Below the pieces are notes generated by a model, which worked only from the letters and a program-made list of their open reading frames with translations, did not search any database and was not told where the DNA came from. The position numbers and the translations under genes were made by a program. Positions 20,628 to 29,791 of a stretch of DNA of 51,197 bases are shown here, piece after piece. Source of the DNA: Patescibacteria group bacterium (GTDB lineage: Bacteria; Patescibacteriota; JABMPQ01; JAHIRA01); the NCBI GenBank assembly GCA_018818205.1, contig JAHISJ010000007.1, forward strand, positions 1-51,197. The letters run 5' to 3'. Within the stretch, counting starts at the first letter, position 1; each line of letters opens with the position of its first letter.

Positions 20628-22325
20628 TTAGCTTACCAGTTGCCCCTGACGATAAATGCGGGCAATGCCATGTTCTAAGTCTTCAACTTTGGCAGTGAGC
20701 TTTTTTGAGTCGGAAGCCAACGTTGCAAACTCTTCTTTGGTTCCTCCATGGGCGAGGAGTGTGCCGAACGTTTCTTTGTTAATGACTACAATATCTGCGG
20801 GCGCGCCTTCTATGAGTTTTCCCCGCATGCCATGGCCTGCCTCGTGCTCATAATCTGCTGCCATCAAGGAATACGCACTCAAGGCTTGCTCAAAAGAAAT
20901 ACGTTCTTTGGGGTTAGGGTGGTGGGTTGCTGCCCAGATGCCAAAGAGCGCTGACGGCGGCATGCCATCAGAGCCAAACATCATTTGTACTCCTTCTTGA
21001 AGCATTTCTGCGTGTGGACACAGTTGTGTAACGCGTCCATCAAGCCTGTCTTGATAGACCACATCGGTTAAGAAGTTAGGTTGAGATGATACCCATGCTC
21101 CAACAGAAGCTATCTCAGGAGAAAGTCCTTGGCTGAGCTCACAATGTTCTATTCTAAACTTTCCTGGATCAAGCTTGGCTTCTTTAGCAAGGTTTCTCCA
21201 TGATTTGGCTGTCTCAATCGCTCGTGCAACAGCTTTGTCACCAATTGCATGCATGGCAATTTTATTGAGCCCCATCGTGCGTGCATCTCCAATGGCTTGA
21301 TTTATTTCTTGCAAGGTATGATACTCCACTCCAACATTGTCTGATTTTTCGTACGGTTTTTTCATTAGAGCAGTGTGTGAACCAAAGCTTCCATCAGCAA
21401 GGAGCTTGAGACCGACAAGCGGTAAATCTTGAGCTCTATCAAATAATCCTTGTTTTTGAAGTGTGTCCAGATTTGAATAAAATTCCTTCATAATTTCTGG
21501 CGCCAAAAATACTTGTCTTACCGGAAATTCAGTGCCTCGTTCCTTTTGCCAGCTTTTTCGGGCCATAAGTAGTGCAACAACATCTCCATAGGAATAAGAG
21601 TACATATCGTGAATATTGGTGATTCCCTGTGAAATCCACGAGTCAAGTGTTGTTTCCATACCTTCAGCGATTCGTTCAACGCCATAATGACTTTCGGCAA
21701 TTTGAATGGCAAGAATAGCATGTCCTTCTGTTGCAAGTCCCTTTTTTGCATCAATATGTCCGGTAGTTCTCTTACCCAGACCCTTTTCCTCATGGACTTT
21801 TTTTGAAAGGAGGTCAATCATTGGTGTGTTGAGCCTGGCTCCATGAAAGCTGGAATCAATCATGCAATAGGGACGTTTGGTATCTACTCGGTCAAGATCT
21901 TCAAGAGAAATCTCTGCATTAGGGACGCTTTGTGTGTTATGTCCTAATATGACTTTTGGAAGAGCAAGATCTCCTGACCCCGTTTGTTCACGAAGCATTC
22001 TCATAATCTGATCTTTTGTTTTTCCTTCGCTGACATTGCCTGCATCAATAACTTCCATTGTTCCATAAGCAAGGTGATTGTGAGTATCGGTAAATGCAGG
22101 AAGTGCAACGCCACCTTCGTAGCGATCAAACAAAAGACTTGGCCTTCTTTCCTTTTCTGCATCTATCCATTGTCTAACGTCTCGTGGATCACCAATTTTA
22201 ACAATAGTTCCAGATTTCGGATCTAAAACCATTTGAATCTCGGTTTTTTTTTGAAGCTCTCTGCTTTCCGGTGAAGTTGGCACAAACGCCGCTTCCGGAT
22301 GCAGATGGGAGAGTTTTTCAGGCAT
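20628..22325 (-). CDS. Metal-dependent amidohydrolase, YtcJ-like (Amidohydro_3)
   Basis: DTHNH, KLLADGSFGSHTALM, MHAIGD, RIEH, FGSD, G..ADIVV; GGAGG SD. Confidence 0.88.
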   Translation of the reverse strand: MPEKLSHLHPEAAFVPTSPESRELQKKTEIQMVLDPKSGTIVKIGDPRDVRQWIDAEKERRPSLLFDRYEGGVALPAFTDTHNHLAYGTMEVIDAGNVSEGKTKDQIMRMLREQTGSGDLALPKVILGHNTQSVPNAEISLEDLDRVDTKRPYCMIDSSFHGARLNTPMIDLLSKKVHEEKGLGKRTTGHIDAKKGLATEGHAILAIQIAESHYGVERIAEGMETTLDSWISQGITNIHDMYSYSYGDVVALLMARKSWQKERGTEFPVRQVFLAPEIMKEFYSNLDTLQKQGLFDRAQDLPLVGLKLLADGSFGSHTALMKKPYEKSDNVGVEYHTLQEINQAIGDARTMGLNKIAMHAIGDKAVARAIETAKSWRNLAKEAKLDPGKFRIEHCELSQGLSPEIASVGAWVSSQPNFLTDVVYQDRLDGRVTQLCPHAEMLQEGVQMMFGSDGMPPSALFGIWAATHHPNPKERISFEQALSAYSLMAADYEHEAGHGMRGKLIEGAPADIVVINKETFGTLLAHGGTKEEFATLASDSKKLTAKVEDLEHGIARIYRQGQLVS

Positions 22326-22369
22326 ATTGAATTCCTCCGTAAATGTTTTTTACATTAGTGTGCTTTTTT

Positions 22370-22398
22370 ACCGTAGTGTAAAAAAGTACTAATGTCAA
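22370..22398 (-). promoter_or_regulatory. Possible internal promoter for the amidohydrolase gene
   Basis: TTGACA-17 nt-TACGGT on the minus strand; ACATTAGT/ACTAATGT inverted repeat at 22352-22395. Confidence 0.45.
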
Positions 22399-22408
22399 TG
22401 TATTTGGC

Positions 22409-23362
22409 TTAAATACGGTCTGTAACAGGAATGTCCAGAAGATACGTAACAAGCGCCATATTTGTATAGATTGCCGCTTCCAGCATTTCGTTTACAACCA
22501 TGCGGGGGTCATCATCCGTTTCTTTAAGTGCTGTAAGACGGCTGTCTGCGGTAGCCCTAGGTTCAAAGACACATACTGGCACGTTTTCTCGCATTTTTTC
22601 TAACTGTGTATTAGAGAAAGGAACAAAGTTTTTATTAAACTCAGCAACCAACGATTCATCTTCACCTGATTGTGGTAGTCCTTCTACAATAAACAAGAAA
22701 TCAACGTGATCGAGCATATCATCAAGTTTTGCTTGCTCATAGGTGCTACCATGTTCTTGAACGAGAGTTTGATTTTTTTCTGGAAGTGCCATCTCAGGAA
22801 TAATTGAATCCTCAATGAAGCTAACATCAAAATGACTTAGTACGTTTGAAACAGCTTTCATTGGCCGGGATGATTTGCTCATGCCATACACTCCAATTTT
22901 TTTACCCTTAAGATCTTCTAGGTGCTTCATGACTGTATACACGCAAAATAGTGCGCCAATAGCGTGTTCTTTGTCACCACACATAGCGTTTATTAGTGGA
23001 ATCGGATATCCTTTTTTGGCAAATGCAGATAAATCAAATGTTTTATGTCGAATTGCTAGAATATCACACAAAGGTGCAATAGAAGTAAGCGTATCGTCTA
23101 TATCTTCTTCACCTGTTTCAAGATAGGTGCCTTTGATCCCAGAGATACCAAACCATCCACCACCGAGTTTGATCATGGCGCTTTGCAAGCTTGCTGAGGT
23201 CCTGGTGCTTTCTTGAAAAAAATATGTAGCAATGACTTTTCCCGGGCATAGATTCGTGAAGTTTCTTTTTTCTTTAAGTCCGGTTTCAAAAATTTCTGCA
23301 CGACGAAACAGTTCAAGGTATTCTTCTTTAGTAAGATCTTGTGTTCTAGTAAAATGTTTCAT
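22409..23362 (-). CDS. Aspartate/ornithine carbamoyltransferase-family protein, divergent acceptor site
   Basis: FFQESTRT, LAIRH, PLINA..G..EH retained; HPTQ, RxQ and HPLP motifs replaced by HAIG, EGLPQ and FEPRA. Confidence 0.85.
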   Translation of the reverse strand: MKHFTRTQDLTKEEYLELFRRAEIFETGLKEKRNFTNLCPGKVIATYFFQESTRTSASLQSAMIKLGGGWFGISGIKGTYLETGEEDIDDTLTSIAPLCDILAIRHKTFDLSAFAKKGYPIPLINAMCGDKEHAIGALFCVYTVMKHLEDLKGKKIGVYGMSKSSRPMKAVSNVLSHFDVSFIEDSIIPEMALPEKNQTLVQEHGSTYEQAKLDDMLDHVDFLFIVEGLPQSGEDESLVAEFNKNFVPFSNTQLEKMRENVPVCVFEPRATADSRLTALKETDDDPRMVVNEMLEAAIYTNMALVTYLLDIPVTDRI

Positions 23363-23366
23363 ATTT

Positions 23367-24821
23367 TTACTGGTACTCTTTTAAGATTTTAACTTCACCT
23401 TTTGTTGCATTTACTTTGACGAGGTCCCCATCAGAAAGAACGTACGTTGCTTTTTTTGTGCCTACAACACAAGGAATTTCTAGTTCACGCGATATTATTG
23501 CTGCGTGACACGTGAGCCCACCTTCATCCGTAATAATGGCAGCTGCTTTTTCCATGGCGGGAACATAGTCGGGCAGTGTCATGCCACAGACTAGTATATC
23601 TCCTTTTTTTACTTTTTTTAGTGCGTCTTTGGCACCACAGCAAACTTTAACTCTTGCACGAGCTTGTCCTTTTGAAGCAGCTATTCCTGTAAGTAGCAAT
23701 TCATGACTACATTCTACATCTAATTCTTGTTGTGCGGCTGTTTGAGCTTCTCTACCGCTTAACGTTTTAATGCTATTTTTTTGCAATAGCACAAAGGTAG
23801 CTTTTTTTCTTTTTTCAATTTCCTTTTTATTTGCTGTGCCTCCACGTAAAATCTGCTTGATTTCATCATACCAGAGCCACTCAAAATCGTCTGTATTCAT
23901 TTTATAGCGTTTTGACACTTCCTTTCCCAATAGGTGGGCGGCATACACAGTCTTAACTTGCATTTCTTTTCGGAGATCAAGGTAGTGACAAAATTTGTCC
24001 ATTATCCAGAGCGTATGCTTAATCTTGTCTGAAAGAAAGTAATCTCTACAAAGTGTATCTCTTCTTTGCTTTATCTCCTTTGTTTTTTCTTGTAAGGCTA
24101 GCAATTCTTTTTTAGTCGAATTTTTGTTCTTTTTAACCTGATTTGAAAAATAAGCAATAGTATGTGGTGTCATGTTTTCCCAACCAAGCTTTGTCCACCA
24201 AAACTTTTTATGGATATTTTGAACATCTAACAGATCAGTTTTCTTCTTCTGAGCAACAGTCATTATTGCTTCTTTTTCTAGATTGATGTAAGAACGATAC
24301 TGTGGCGTGGTTATTTCTTGATACAGATTCATGAACTCTTCATTATCTAGATCACTCTTTTTGTTTGCCAACTCTTCTTTTATTATTATTTTCAGATAAT
24401 TGTCAAAAACGACATCAAAAGCATCAATGGCTAAGGTTAGCAAAGCGTGCGCAGAAGAAGATTCCTTGGATAAATAGTCGTAATAATATATTAATTCTTG
24501 GTTTGTACAATTACTAAGATTTTGTTTTTTTATTTTTCTTGCTGCTGCAAGCGCTCTCTTGGTGCAGTCATCAAATTGAGCAAATAGAGTAAGCGCTTTT
24601 GTTTTATTTGTGCAATCGCGTACGATTTGTTTGCCAATATCTTTAATCTCTGTGCCCCAAGCGCACCAGAGTTTGGGATCTTCGTTGTAATACAAGACTG
24701 AACAGAAGGAATTATCAAAGAACGTGCGCGCATGTTTATAAATACTAGTAAACATTATTGCCATACGATTAAGTTCAATGGTCCCGCGTGTGTAGATAAT
24801 CCATTGTGTTTTATCTTTCAT
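23367..24821 (-). CDS. Helical domain plus C-terminal PEP-utilising mobile (phospho-His swivel) domain, paralogue 3
   Basis: GDILVCGMT.P...ITDEGGLTCHAAIISRELEIPCVVGT; start ATG 24821 overlaps the upstream stop. Confidence 0.9.
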   Translation of the reverse strand: MKDKTQWIIYTRGTIELNRMAIMFTSIYKHARTFFDNSFCSVLYYNEDPKLWCAWGTEIKDIGKQIVRDCTNKTKALTLFAQFDDCTKRALAAARKIKKQNLSNCTNQELIYYYDYLSKESSSAHALLTLAIDAFDVVFDNYLKIIIKEELANKKSDLDNEEFMNLYQEITTPQYRSYINLEKEAIMTVAQKKKTDLLDVQNIHKKFWWTKLGWENMTPHTIAYFSNQVKKNKNSTKKELLALQEKTKEIKQRRDTLCRDYFLSDKIKHTLWIMDKFCHYLDLRKEMQVKTVYAAHLLGKEVSKRYKMNTDDFEWLWYDEIKQILRGGTANKKEIEKRKKATFVLLQKNSIKTLSGREAQTAAQQELDVECSHELLLTGIAASKGQARARVKVCCGAKDALKKVKKGDILVCGMTLPDYVPAMEKAAAIITDEGGLTCHAAIISRELEIPCVVGTKKATYVLSDGDLVKVNATKGEVKILKEYQ

Positions 24822-26301
24822 AGCTCGATCTTTTAGTAATCTTAATGACACCGTGATTAGCATTAACTTCAACGGAATCTCCGTCGCGTAGAATCTTTGT
24901 GGCCGATTTAGTTCCTACAACGCACGGGATAGAAAGTTCTCTACAAATAATTGCCGCATGACACGTAAGCCCACCTTCGTCGGTTACAACGGCGGCGGCC
25001 TTTTTCATAGCTGGAACAAACTCCGGCATGGTCATACCGGTTACTAAAATATCTCCCTCAGCTATCCGATCGTTTGCATCTTTTGAGCTTAAACAAATGC
25101 GTGCCGTACCGGTGACGCGCCCTGTTGATGCTGTAACCCCGCAAAACTCTTTGTCGCGTACTATTTTTTCAAAATCGGTTAAGGCGTTTCTTTTTTGTTG
25201 TGCTTCTTCTCCGTACCATTCCTTGAATGTACCATCATTTGAATATTCATAAAACCACTTTGCGTGTCTTTTTTGAGCAAGCTCAACATCGATCTTATTT
25301 TTTTTATATGCTATTGAGGCTGCTTCTTGGGGCCAAAAGTAGTATAAAATAGAGGCATCAGTTCCTATTTTCTTGCTTAGTTCTTTGTACAGTTTTCTAA
25401 GCAGCGCAACGGCTTTTACCTGGCCTTCTTTGCGTAAATCATGAAAAACGGCATAAGCGTCAAAAATTTCTAAATACGTGGTAACGATAGGATTTCTTTG
25501 CCCAATAATATGAACAATTTGTTTTTTTTGGCGTAGAGAGTTAGAAATAGAGGCTTTAATTTTTTGAATTTCTGGAATAATACTTTTTTTGTTTGATTTT
25601 TTATAATCAGAAAGAAGATTCTTTTTTGTATATACCCTTGCTTGTTCCCAACTGAAGTTAATCCAAAAATATTTTTTAATAAAAGTGTCGATACGTTTTT
25701 CTGATTTCTTTATACCGTTTTTGGTAATGAAATCAAACAGTTTGAGTTTTTCCAAATAAAACCTGTTTACATAACTTAAAACATTAGGATATGTTAACGT
25801 ATTTTTTATTTTTGCCTTTTTTGATTCTTTTGCATTTGGATATGTCGTGTCTATAAGGGGGTCAAAAAGAGGGTTGAGCATGACGTCGATTGCGTCAACG
25901 TTATACGTAATGCCGTGCCATAGGAGGGTCTTTTTGTATACCTGCAAAATGAGATCAGCAAGTTCTATTTTTGTTAGGGTAGAGAAATCTGTTTTGTTTG
26001 TTTTGGTAAAAAAAGAATCCAATAACGCAAATTCTTTATGCCAAAAGGCACAATAGTTTTTAAATGTTTTGTGACTTTTTAAGAATGTTTTTAAACAATA
26101 TGTTCCAACACGAGCATGGTCGGAGAAATTTTCGTAATAATAGGCGACGGTATTCTCAAGGTACAGACAAATTTTTTGATATTTTGGACCGTTTAAAAAC
26201 CGATTAGAATACTGAATGGAGTGTATAGGTATAGAAACGTTAAACGGATATAGCCCTGTTCTAATAAGCTCTTCCCACTCTGATGTCTTTTTTTTGGCCA
26301 T
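24811..26301 (-). CDS. Helical domain plus C-terminal PEP-utilising mobile domain, paralogue 2
   Basis: GDILVTGMTMPE...VTDEGGLTCHAAIICRELSIPCVVGT. Confidence 0.9.
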   Translation of the reverse strand: MAKKKTSEWEELIRTGLYPFNVSIPIHSIQYSNRFLNGPKYQKICLYLENTVAYYYENFSDHARVGTYCLKTFLKSHKTFKNYCAFWHKEFALLDSFFTKTNKTDFSTLTKIELADLILQVYKKTLLWHGITYNVDAIDVMLNPLFDPLIDTTYPNAKESKKAKIKNTLTYPNVLSYVNRFYLEKLKLFDFITKNGIKKSEKRIDTFIKKYFWINFSWEQARVYTKKNLLSDYKKSNKKSIIPEIQKIKASISNSLRQKKQIVHIIGQRNPIVTTYLEIFDAYAVFHDLRKEGQVKAVALLRKLYKELSKKIGTDASILYYFWPQEAASIAYKKNKIDVELAQKRHAKWFYEYSNDGTFKEWYGEEAQQKRNALTDFEKIVRDKEFCGVTASTGRVTGTARICLSSKDANDRIAEGDILVTGMTMPEFVPAMKKAAAVVTDEGGLTCHAAIICRELSIPCVVGTKSATKILRDGDSVEVNANHGVIKITKRSSYER

Positions 26302-26310
26302 GTATAAAGG

Positions 26311-27807
26311 TTATTTCTTTTTCTTCTTTTGAATTATCGTTACTATTCCAAGGTTAGCATCAACTTTAATTATATCACCATGCGCAATTGTTTTGGTAGC
26401 AGTTTGGGTTCCAATAATGCAAGGAATCTGCAATTCTCGCGCGATAATTGCTGCATGGCAGGTAAGACCGCCTTCATCGGTAACAATAGCCGAAGCTTTT
26501 TTCATAATGGGAACATATTCTGGTCGTGTCATGGGAGCAATAAGTATATCTCCAGTGTTCATTTTTGAAAAATCCTCTTGATTGAGAATGATTTTTGCTT
26601 TGCCAGAAGCTTTGCCAAAGCTCGCACACGTGCCGGCAACTGTTTTGTTTTTGGCGATACTGTTTTCAATAAGTGTATGGTATTCTTTTACCACTGAACC
26701 TGAATAAATGGTGGGTCTGTTTTTTTGTGGGGGAGTGGCACTAAGAGAGATCATAACTCCTCCTTTTGTTCTTTTTTGTAGTGTGGATAGGATGTGTGCA
26801 GTGTCGGAAAGAAGCAGTGTGACCTCGTCGGGTAATGTATATTTTAAGAGTTCGAGATCAAGATTTTTCTCATTTGCTATTTTTTCCATGACGGAGATAA
26901 TGTAATAATTGCTGATTTGGTTATATTTTTTTCGTTCATCTCTAAACTCAGAAATCCAGGAAAAGAATCGCAACCGGTCCTTTTCTTCTAAGGTCAGATC
27001 GTATTTTTGTATTTTTTGTTGTTTCAACGCTCTATTTTTTGTAAAGGTATCCAGAGTCTTTTGAATCAAAGTGATTTTTTCTTTATGGTAAGTAACGTCA
27101 ACCAGTTTCTTGGTGTAGTAATCAGAGTCAAGAAAGTACACTTTCTCGTAATCATTTTTTAACCAAAAGTAACGTTTAGCGTGTTCTTTTAAAGCCTTTT
27201 TAACGTTACTTGATGTTATTTTGTATTTTTGTGCGAGCGAAACAATCGTAAGAAAATCTTTTTGTTCTTGCATGTACAGTGGTAGATTATCCGGGCCGAG
27301 AAGTATGTGAAGATCGTTTTGTGTGAGTTTGTTTTTTTTAGATCCGAAGATAAAAGAAATAATTTCTTTGTCAAATGGATCAAGTAAGTCTATAAAAATA
27401 GAATGTTGCCAAAAGGTGAACGACTGTTCCAAAAAATCTTGATAGGTATATAGAAATGTTTCAGAAGATACTGGCAGTTGAATTAGGTTCAGGCCACTTT
27501 TTTCCATTTTTTTGCCGGCAGTAATAAAATGTTCGTAATGTGATTCAAAAAAATGGTCGTGCGCTTTTACATGGGAGAGTATTTTTTTAACTTCAGGTAA
27601 TGCACGAGTTTGATCGAAGTAATGATACAAACTAAAGCCTGAGGAAGTTTTTAAACACATTGACACGTCGTAAGGAAAGAACAATCCGGTCGTTACAACC
27701 ATTCTTCTTGATGACAAGGTTAAGAACGGTAAAAAAGCACAAAGTGGTATAGCTGCACCTGCCTGTTTGTACCAGTTGGTTGAACGAATTTTTTCTTTTT
27801 TAAGCAT
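26311..27807 (-). CDS. Helical domain plus C-terminal PEP-utilising mobile domain, paralogue 1
   Basis: GDILIAPMTRPE...VTDEGGLTCHAAIIARELQIPCIIGT; AGGAG SD supports ATG 27807 (27813 possible). Confidence 0.9.
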   Translation of the reverse strand: MLKKEKIRSTNWYKQAGAAIPLCAFLPFLTLSSRRMVVTTGLFFPYDVSMCLKTSSGFSLYHYFDQTRALPEVKKILSHVKAHDHFFESHYEHFITAGKKMEKSGLNLIQLPVSSETFLYTYQDFLEQSFTFWQHSIFIDLLDPFDKEIISFIFGSKKNKLTQNDLHILLGPDNLPLYMQEQKDFLTIVSLAQKYKITSSNVKKALKEHAKRYFWLKNDYEKVYFLDSDYYTKKLVDVTYHKEKITLIQKTLDTFTKNRALKQQKIQKYDLTLEEKDRLRFFSWISEFRDERKKYNQISNYYIISVMEKIANEKNLDLELLKYTLPDEVTLLLSDTAHILSTLQKRTKGGVMISLSATPPQKNRPTIYSGSVVKEYHTLIENSIAKNKTVAGTCASFGKASGKAKIILNQEDFSKMNTGDILIAPMTRPEYVPIMKKASAIVTDEGGLTCHAAIIARELQIPCIIGTQTATKTIAHGDIIKVDANLGIVTIIQKKKKK

Positions 27808-27925
27808 ATTCATTACTCCTCTGTTTTTAGAATAGCAAATGATTGTAATAAGAACAAACAAAAGTGCTATGTACTTTTTTTATATTATATGCTATAATTT
27901 AAACAAGAATTTAACGAAAAAAAAT

Positions 27926-28564
27926 ATGGGTATTGAAGGCGTGCGTGGACCAGGAGGGTATGCTGACTGGAAAGCTCCTGAAACGGAAGGTATTCAGGAA
28001 GCAAAAAAGCCATCTGGTGATACAAAGAAAGAACAACATGGCGATAAGCAAGCTGCCGATGCTGACAGAAAAGCACGCCAAGTGAGCTGGAATGAGGCCA
28101 TGAAACGTGCGGAAGATACCGGTGGGCACCATCCACAAGAAGAAGCGGATAGACAGGCAGAACAGCAGGCCCAAGGAGTTCCCGGAGGAGTGGATAGTGG
28201 AGTAGTGGCAGAACGGTATGGCAGCGGTGTTTCACGGCAGGAACTTGAGTCACAGTTACCTCCTCAAGCTCAAAGTCAATCACGAGCTGATAGATGGGCA
28301 CAGTATGGGACAGAGCAAGAACCAGCGCAAGGAGAAACTACGGAGGGAGTGGATCAAGCAAAGGCACTGATTGGCCAAATGCAAAGTACAGATGTGCCAG
28401 CATACTTTAAAAGACAAGTAGATGCTGCTTCAAATGTGAGTACGGCAGAAGAGGCTGCACAGGCGCTTAAAAAGCTTTCAGCTACTATTGAAAATTATCC
28501 TGATAGACGTATTAATCAGTTTAAGGATCAAATCGATACGGCTCTATCAACTCTTGAGCAGTAA
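27926..28564 (+). CDS. Hypothetical Q/A/E-rich largely disordered protein with small helical C-domain
   Basis: Open frame; TGcTATAAT just upstream favours ATG 27926; terminator downstream. Confidence 0.7.
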   Translation: MGIEGVRGPGGYADWKAPETEGIQEAKKPSGDTKKEQHGDKQAADADRKARQVSWNEAMKRAEDTGGHHPQEEADRQAEQQAQGVPGGVDSGVVAERYGSGVSRQELESQLPPQAQSQSRADRWAQYGTEQEPAQGETTEGVDQAKALIGQMQSTDVPAYFKRQVDAASNVSTAEEAAQALKKLSATIENYPDRRINQFKDQIDTALSTLEQ

Positions 28565-28574
28565 AAAAAGAAAC

Positions 28575-28604
28575 AAAAAAGTCCCTTAGAAAGGGGCTTT
28601 TTTT
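28575..28604. terminator. Bidirectional terminator
   Basis: AAAAAAGTCCCTT-AGA-AAGGGGCTTTTTTT between convergent genes. Confidence 0.75.
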
Positions 28605-28613
28605 ATATAAAGA

Positions 28614-29678
28614 TTATCCTGCAAGAAAATGCATGACATCACCATCGCGGACAGTGTAGTCTTTTCCCTCAACACGCATAACCCCTGCTTCTTTGGCACC
28701 CTTTTCGCCACCTAGTGCTACATAATCATCAAAAGAAATAACTTCAGCGCGGATAAAGTTCTTCTCAAAATCACTATGAATGACGCCCGCAGCTTCAGGT
28801 GCTTTTGCTCCTCTTTTTACGGTCCATGCACGACTCTCTTCTGGACCAGAGGTAAGAAAGGTTATAAGATCCAAAAGCTCGTATGATTTTTTTATTAAGC
28901 GCACCAAGCCTGATTCGGTTAAATTATACTCTTTGAGATACTCTGTAGCTTCTTCATCAGTAAAGCTGGCAAGATCTGCTTCAACCTTTGCTGAAATGGG
29001 TATAAAAGGCTTAAGAGGAAAATCGACTCCACTTGCTAGTTGCTTTTCTGAAACGTTTAAGACATACAAAATAGGCTTGAGTGTTAAAAAGGTATAGTCA
29101 TTAAGGAGCTCCGATTCCTCTTCTTCAAAGGTAACGGTTCTTAAGGGAACATTTTTTTCAAGATTTTCAGTAATTTTGGTGAGTAACTCTCTTTTTTGGA
29201 TCCATTCTTTATCACCTGAACGTGCTTGTTTAGTTGCTTTAGAAAGAGATGATTCAGCAACTGAAAGATCTCTAAGAAGCAGTTCTGTTTCTATCGTTTC
29301 TGCGTCGCGAACAGGGTCAATGGAGCCATCAACATGCGTAACGTTGCCATCATCAAAGAGACGAACAACGTGTAAAATCGCTTTTACTTCTGCGATGTGG
29401 CTTAAAAAAGCATTTCCGAGCCCCTCACCTTTGTGTGCACCTTTTACCAGTCCTGCAATGTCACAAAACTCAATAGCCGTTGGAATGATTTTTTTTGGGG
29501 AGTCAATCGCAGCAAGTTTATTGAGACGCTCGTCTGGTACATCAACGATGCCCACATTTGGATCAATAGTACAAAACGGGTAGTTGGATGCTTCTGCTTG
29601 CGTATTTTTAAGGAGTGCATTAAAAAGCGTTGATTTACCAACGTTGGGGAGCCCTACGATGCCGAGTGAAAATGACAT
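28614..29678 (-). CDS. ychF: Ribosome-binding ATPase YchF
   Basis: GIVGLPNVGKSTLFN, NYPFCTIDPN, DIAGLV, IHSDFEKNFIRAEV, EGKDY.V.DGD. Confidence 0.98.
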   Translation of the reverse strand: MSFSLGIVGLPNVGKSTLFNALLKNTQAEASNYPFCTIDPNVGIVDVPDERLNKLAAIDSPKKIIPTAIEFCDIAGLVKGAHKGEGLGNAFLSHIAEVKAILHVVRLFDDGNVTHVDGSIDPVRDAETIETELLLRDLSVAESSLSKATKQARSGDKEWIQKRELLTKITENLEKNVPLRTVTFEEEESELLNDYTFLTLKPILYVLNVSEKQLASGVDFPLKPFIPISAKVEADLASFTDEEATEYLKEYNLTESGLVRLIKKSYELLDLITFLTSGPEESRAWTVKRGAKAPEAAGVIHSDFEKNFIRAEVISFDDYVALGGEKGAKEAGVMRVEGKDYTVRDGDVMHFLAG

Positions 29679-29735
29679 GAATGTGTTGTTATGGTAATGC
29701 CCATTATACTACCGTAAGTAAGCACAGATTTCAAT

Positions 29736-29769
29736 AAAAAAAGCCTCCGAGCCGTAAAAAGCTGGAGGC
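29736..29769 (-). terminator. Intrinsic terminator
   Basis: GCCTCC...GGAGGC stem followed by T7 on the minus strand. Confidence 0.65.
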
Positions 29770-29791
29770 AAAATTGAAGTAATTGAAAACA

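Noticed and set aside
22409-23362. Calling it pyrB or argF
   Set aside because: Specificity motifs are missing and there is no pathway context, so no symbol was given.
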